Assembly: GCA_964016885.1 (NCBI GenBank)
Contig: OZ024747.1
Location: 63,984,001 to 64,048,000 of the forward strand
Source of the DNA: Eledone cirrhosa
Taxonomy: Eukaryota
Length of the DNA stretch: 64,000 bases
Direction of reading: 5' to 3'
In this document: piece by piece, positions 56,169 through 64,000 of the stretch
Layout of the letters: every line of letters begins with the position of its first letter
How positions within the stretch are numbered: position 1 is the stretch's first letter
Position numbers and translations under genes: made by a program
Notes under the pieces: model-generated
Told to the model about the DNA's origin: nothing
What the model saw: the letters and a program-made list of their open reading frames with translations, nothing else
Databases searched by the model: none

Positions 56169-59100
56169 TATAATAATAATAATAATAATTATTATTATAT
56201 ATATATATAAACGGCTTCATCTTTCAAAGCTCTGACCTCTCGTACTTCTACATACGTACTTATACTTAAAGCATACAGACACAGACTCTACGAATAAATA
56301 TTATATAATAGTTGGTATTAACCTATGCCCCATCCACAAACTTCATATTACCGCAAATGACTTTGCATGAAGTAGTTATTACATATATGAAAACAATGGC
56401 TTGTAAAATACCGATGTATATGAACACCACTTAACGGGGATAAAGATTTTCCCTCTAATTAAATATATTTCCCACTAAGTTTCTTCTATTCGTGTACCTA
56501 TGTATTAAAGCCAGATGCTTTGATAATATGGGATATCATGTGGTATATTAATTTTCTCGGATGCTCTTCTATTTTAGTCAAGTTGTTGTGTACAAACTCT
56601 TTGTAATGTATGTATGTATTAAAGATATCGGATCTTAGATTTAAAATAATCCTTCGTTGTTTGTGATTTCTGATGATATATTGTCTTTTCTCTGAATTGG
56701 ATAGACTGCAACACTTTGTTCAGTGAATGTAAGACTTGCATCGTATGTATATCTACTTGAAAATTGACATTAACAAACGAATTGCATACTTTCCAGATTT
56801 CTTTGTATTCAAATCCCTTTTATGATAGTTATGTGCATATGATTTGTTCTATACAGAACATGGACAAGTCATACCAACCACTATATAATAATACAATTTT
56901 CACTGTACAGTATGCAATAAATATTGTTATTGTTCGTGATAACATTAAAATCTTGCTATTTACGTGCGTGTATACCCCCCCCCCCACACACACACACACT
57001 TACCCCCCACAAACATACCCCCCCCCCCCCCACGCACACACATACACACCTCCAAACACACACATCTCTCTCTCCTCTCTCATATATATATGTACCCACC
57101 TATGTCTATATATAATATAGCAATTTGTTAAAATATCATGGATGTATAAACTTATGTCTGCAGAATCAATATAGACAAGTTTTAAAATAAATATTGTGCT
57201 TGACTATGATATCGCAAGAGATTTCGCAATATATTTCTTGGAAATTAAGACAAGTCTTTAAGTAGTGAGATAAACATGAATTACAATGATTTATAGGTCA
57301 TATACACCAAATATGTCTTATTATTTGTATATAGTACTTCGGAACATTCTTTTGCTGTAGTTACTTGTCGTGCTGCTGAGTAAGAAAGCAACGAAAGTAT
57401 AGGTTATGTAATATTTACCTCACAAGTTCTCAGCTTCAGTCATATTTCAATACCATAAATGGAAACAAAATTCAAGTCAGAACAATTACTTCTTTATCAA
57501 TCTCAACTTTTAATGCTATGTTAAAATTAATTGTTAAATGATTTGGTTATAACTTAATAAAAATTAATGATTATCATGTCTAGTAAATTGCGTTACAATT
57601 TTAGTTATGGTAAGAAAAGCAGAATATATGAGAACAATATGGTAGTACTCCAGCCTTCAATGGTAGTGCCCCAGCATGGCCACAGACTGTCGACTGGAAT
57701 ACGTAATAGGATAATAGATTAATATTAAAATAAACGACAAGAACATGAACTATGTTGTGAATCACAATATCTTTAGAACTTTTAGCATCACACCTTAGCC
57801 TAGATGAAAGACATCTCATACAGCTGTAATTAATACAGTCGCAGCTAATTTTCGTCTGGAGCTGATGAAAATAATCAAATCGTACCTGTCAATGGCTAAT
57901 AATTCTGATTGACATCAGGGCAAGCAGAAAGACAATAGGATATTTGTAATGTTCAAAACGTTCCCTAAAAAAACTGAATTATGTAATTTTCTCTTTGTTC
58001 AGTTGGGGTTTGTAAACTTTAAATATATTTCTTCTCTTTCATTCATCAAAAGCCAATCAGATAAAATGGACTATGAATAGCGTAGCTAGACTGATGCGGT
58101 GCTCCAGTATGTCCACTGATCAAGATTTAGAGCAGATAAAGAGGTAAATATTGGTGTGTGTGTGTGTGTGTGATAATTGTATCTGAGTCTATCCACAAAT
58201 TACTGCTGAATGTTGGTTTTCTTAATGCTTCCATCAAAAGTTTTTATGACTTAAAATTTGTTTCGAAGCTAGAAAAATCAAACAAACACCTGGTGACAAT
58301 AGTTAGTGATACTGGAAGAAAAGGGAAGATAATTTTACGAAATAAAGAATTTAAAATAAAATAAAATGTTCATCCTAACCACCACTGATGAGGTGTAATA
58401 AGAATATGTCAACTAGTCTGTTAACAAAACGATAAGTCAATTCTAAATGACTAGTTCTTAATTTATTGAAATTATTTCCTTTTTTCCCCGGGTGTCTCTA
58501 ACAATTGTCATTACTTTTGTTTAAGATGCGACTTGCAATTGAATTAAACTTTTTTGCCTACGTCAGTCAGTACCTCAGCATCTCACTCAATAACCTAAAT
58601 TAACGCCATTAATCTATACGAGTTATTTCCCTTCACTCGTCTTTTTTGTATTAGTAGATTACTGAAATGTTGCTTGAAATGTTGCATGGTTGATTTGTGT
58701 AGCTACACTGCAATATCATCACAATAAAAACAAGATATTCAATCTGTTCATATCTGGGTTTAACGTGTACAGGTACACATAATGTAAGGTTTATGGGTGT
58801 ACAATTATCTTACAAGTCTCGGTATTCAGTGTGGGATTTTGTGTAGCTTGACTGTCTTTTCTTCATAGTGAAGACAAAACATTCAATACTTGGATGGTTA
58901 TGTTTACCGACCTGTGCAGTTACATGTACTGCAAGTTCTATTCTATATGTGAAAATATTAAATGCCTTCTCTCTCTTTCTCTGCAGAAAATCGACTAAGA
59001 TGGGGGATGAGCTCCACCAGCTTTTAAGAATTGCCCCAAACACGTCGTATATCACTACAGTGCTCCTACAACGACTCCATCAGGAGTTAGAAACCATAAA

Positions 59101-60019
59101 CACAGAGTATTTGGCTCAACAGTGAAGTTCTCTTACAACCATAGGAGAAACCAATGGGAACCAGAAGTGCTCTAGTCTCTTAATAAAAACCTTTCTGAAA
59201 TTTACGAAGTCGTCAGGATTTGAATATATCAGTACGTCTAACCCATGCTAGCGTGGAAAAATGGACGTAAAATGGTGATGATGATGATGATGATGATGAT
59301 CACCAACATGTTATAGAAAGAAACAAAACCAAAGAAAAACAATCAACAGAAATAAATTCAATAAAAACAACAACGAAGTAACAATATTGATGTTATTTAT
59401 ATTATTATCATTAATATTATAGTGATTTCATATATAGGTATACAACCTCAGGCTTATTGGGAATTATGATAGGAAATGAGACGGCTGGGCATTAGAAATG
59501 AATTAAACAAACTGATGGGATTTTGAAACCTTGAGTCTGAAATTTATCTTGTAATATAGATTATAATTTAGACTATGGATCGCTGCATTTAAGCAGAGTT
59601 AATATCAGTCAGTGATAAAAGTATTGTGATATAGTCTGTTGTTTGATATCATTAATGTGTGAGAATAATAAGAGAGATAGAAGCTTACAGCCTTTAAGCA
59701 GAAACAAACACTGCTTATATAAATAATGTTTGTTCTCAGATATTTGCTATCTCAAGATATTTGTCTTATCAAGAAATGTCTAGAGTACAGACAAATATAA
59801 GAAGTTGGCATGTGATGTATATTGGTAATGGACTTCCTCACAAGAAATTACTTTTGTCAAACATATAAATGAATGTGCGTGAATTCATGTAGACTAAAAT
59901 GTATTACTATATATGTACACATATATACCAACTCATGTAGATATGCATAAATGGAGACAAACATGAATGCAAACTTACATGCATGCTTCCTATTTATTTA
60001 TGAAAGCACATATAAATAT

Positions 60020-60317
60020 CATATATACACATATATATTATAAATACATACACACACACATGTATATATATATATATATGTATATATATATGTAAATATA
60101 TAAATATATACACACATACATATATATATATATGTATATATATATGTAAATATATAAATATATATACATATATATGTATATATATATATATTATATATAC
60201 ATATATCTATATATATACATATATATTATATATACATATATCCATATGTATACATACATATATATATATATACACATATATATATATATACATATGCATA
60301 TATACATATATATACAC

Positions 60318-60348
<31 letters not shown>

Positions 60349-60880
60349 CATATATCCATATATATTATATGTATTATATATATATATATATATATATACA
60401 TATATACATATATACATACATATATAATAAATGTATTATATATATATATATATACATATATACATATATATATATATATACATATATACATATATATACA
60501 TATATACATATACATATATATACATATATATATATACATATATATATACATATATACATATACATACATGTATACATATATATATATATATATACATATA
60601 TACATATACCTATATATATATATACATATATACATATATATATATATACATATATAAATTTATATATATACATATATATATATACATATTATATATATAT
60701 ATATATATATACATATATACATATATATATACATATATACATATATATATACATATATACATATACATATATATACATATATATATATACATATATACAT
60801 ACATATATACATATATATATATACATACATGTATACATATATATATATATACATATATACATATATACATATATATATGT
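60020..60880. repeat. (TA)n/(CATA)n microsatellite; continues at 61140-61435
   Basis: Directly visible. Confidence 0.95.
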
Positions 60881-61136
60881 TAGGCTTCTACATAAACTGG
60901 AAACATTCTCCCAACTTGTAGAACACTTATAATGAAACAATTGTTTGGAAGGAGAGATATTTTAACTTTAATTATATCTCATAAAATAATACAACTGGCT
61001 TTCCACAAAATACATATAGTTAGCACCCCAAACACTTAAATTGGGTTATACTAACATATAACCTAATGTTTGTTGAGTGAGATTTACCAGTCGGAGTTTA
61101 GCGTTAAGCTATCTCTGTTATTGTATTAATAAATAA

Positions 61137-61233
<97 letters not shown>

Positions 61234-61350
61234 CATACATATATATACATCCATATATGTATTATATATATATATCCATATACATATTATATATACATAT
61301 TATACATATATATACATATTATACATATGTATATATATATATATACATAT

Positions 61351-61381
<31 letters not shown>

Positions 61382-61873
61382 ATATTATGCATATATATAT
61401 ATATACACATGTATATATATATATATATATATACACGAGTGCTTATGCAATATGCCCTCATTTAAATATGGCTCATATTTAATTCGTTAGCATAATTTAT
61501 TATTTAGTTACAATGAGTTTGTTTGTTTTAAGAGCATTGATAGGAATATATGACTGCATGATCATTGTCTTCCCTTGAATGAGTCATGAAATGCACTTCA
61601 ATTGTGATTACATGTAATGATAAAACTATGTGACTGTAAATTATTTATTTTGGGGAAATACATTAACAAGCCACATCGTCAAAATAGTTTATTTAATTCT
61701 ACCACTTCATTGATATTGGCTTACATATCAATACCTTTCTCTGTAGAGTCAATCAGGTATAGAAATGATGTCTATTGTTTCCCCAAAATGAATGAAACAT
61801 GTTATATCACATATGTTCTCTTATTCGTAAGGCCATACTTACTTTTCCAGAAACTAGTGATGATGTTTAATGG

Positions 61874-61950
<77 letters not shown>

Positions 61951-62178
61951 TATATATTTATATATATATATTTTTTCAATCACATATTTTTTTTATTTGT
62001 TTGACCCGAAATACTTGGTCGTTTCTATGGCTGTCCGGATGACGGTTTAACCATCGTATCAGTGTGTTTGGCCTTTAACGTATGTTGTAGCTCTGGTTCG
62101 TCAGAATTATTGAGCGCTTGCCACACATCTCGGAAGTTAGTTTTCGCTAATTCCAAAGCCGAAATACGATTCTCGCTA

Positions 62179-62274
<96 letters not shown>

Positions 62275-62337
62275 CTTGATGCAATTCAATTCAAGGTTTC
62301 TACATACTTTTTCTGTGTGTAGGAATGACGGTTAGAA

Positions 62338-62590
62338 GAAAATGCGAAGTACTTTCAGATGTTAAACTCCTTAACTGATAAGGCTGTGACACATTTCCAA
62401 GGATACAGTGGCAATGCAATTCCACATAACCAGTGCCATGATCTCATCAGACACCCTTGTTGTGTAAGAAGCTGTCTGATGACATCATAGCACTGATTAG
62501 ACGGAATTGCATGGCCACTGGCGTCATTGAAATATGTGACACAGCCATAACAATAAAGGACTTTAACATTTGAAACTACTTCACATTTTC
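62338..62590. mobile_element. Diverged palindromic element with two divergently oriented hammerheads
   Basis: Arms gaaaatgcgaagtactttcagatgttaaa / tttaacatttgaaactacttcacattttc; CTGATGA on both strands. Confidence 0.78.
62382..62456 (-). ncRNA. Hammerhead motif; mirror copy at 62471-62546 (+) has a mutated cleavage site
   Basis: Minus strand: gggtgt-CTGATGA-gatc...-GAAA-tgtg-TC-acagcc; stem II base is imperfect. Confidence 0.6.
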
Positions 62591-62763
62591 CTATTTTATA
62601 TATATGCATATTGAAGTAGATGCTCATATCTATATACATACATACATAGGTACATACATATGTGCATATGTGAGTATATATATGCGTATATATATGTGCG
62701 TATATATATGCGTATATATATGTGCATATGTGAGTATATATATGCGTATATATATATATATGC

Positions 62764-63103
<340 letters not shown>

Positions 63104-63407
63104 TATATTTTCTAATTTCAAACTCGCTCACTGTTTCAAAACATACTTACTTGATATATATATATATATAGGCCTTATCATGGAGAAATATGTTGCAATC
63201 ATTGATAAAGAAATCAATACAAATTGTAAAGTCAAATATTTATCTTTTACAAACGTAGTCATTCACTTTAAAGTTTCGAAGGAATTCAGAATTTGCTTTA
63301 GTATATTACTTGGCAAAGAGTAAGACATTTCACTTAGATGAAATAGTTAAACTGATGGATAGAGGAAAGAACTGTGATATTACCACCGCCAAAATGTTGA
63401 TAACTCA

Positions 63408-63596
63408 ATAATTGTTTCTACTTTGGGCACAAGGCCAGCAATTACCCAGTGCATTACTGGTACTTTATTTTATCGATCCCGTAAGGATGAAAGGCAAAGT
63501 TAACCTCGGCGGGATTTGAACTCAGAATGGCAAGGGCCGTAACTATGCGTCAAAGCATGGCGTCCGACTCTCTACTGATACTGCCAATCCTCCCTT
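63408..63596 (-). mobile_element. SINE family A
   Basis: Matches 3977-4170. Confidence 0.92.
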
Positions 63597-63632
63597 TCTT
63601 AACTTAATAATGCTAACTAAAGTAAAAACAAG

Positions 63633-63972
<340 letters not shown>

Positions 63973-64000
63973 GACATATAATGTTTTAACCAGTGCTTAC

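Overview
AT-rich, repeat-dominated animal genomic DNA. The long (TA)n/(TATG)n tracts, two tRNA-derived SINE families, RTE LINEs with (ATG)n tails and Penelope-like elements suggest an octopus or other coleoid cephalopod, which is an inference from repeat content only. I found no convincing host protein-coding gene; almost all ORFs in the track are microsatellite artefacts. The real coding sequence is retroelement-derived: a 5'-truncated, stop-free Penelope-like RT plus GIY-YIG ORF (21.9-23.2 kb, minus strand), several RTE-clade LINE pieces (one showing a C4HC3 PHD-type finger just after the RT core), an RTE APE fragment and an L1/Tx1-like 3' end. The most striking non-coding signal is a set of minimal hammerhead ribozyme motifs (CUGANGA...GAAA...UH). 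Some lie in the Penelope 3' region. Others sit as back-to-back pairs in long non-coding palindromes embedded in (TA)n, several followed by AATAAA and a one-sided tail. Also present: MITEs with 8-bp and 6-bp target-site duplications, a five-copy tandem MITE array, a pile-up of SINEs and a 2.4-kb Thr/Pro-reading minisatellite. All coordinates and structures were read by eye and may be off by a few bases.
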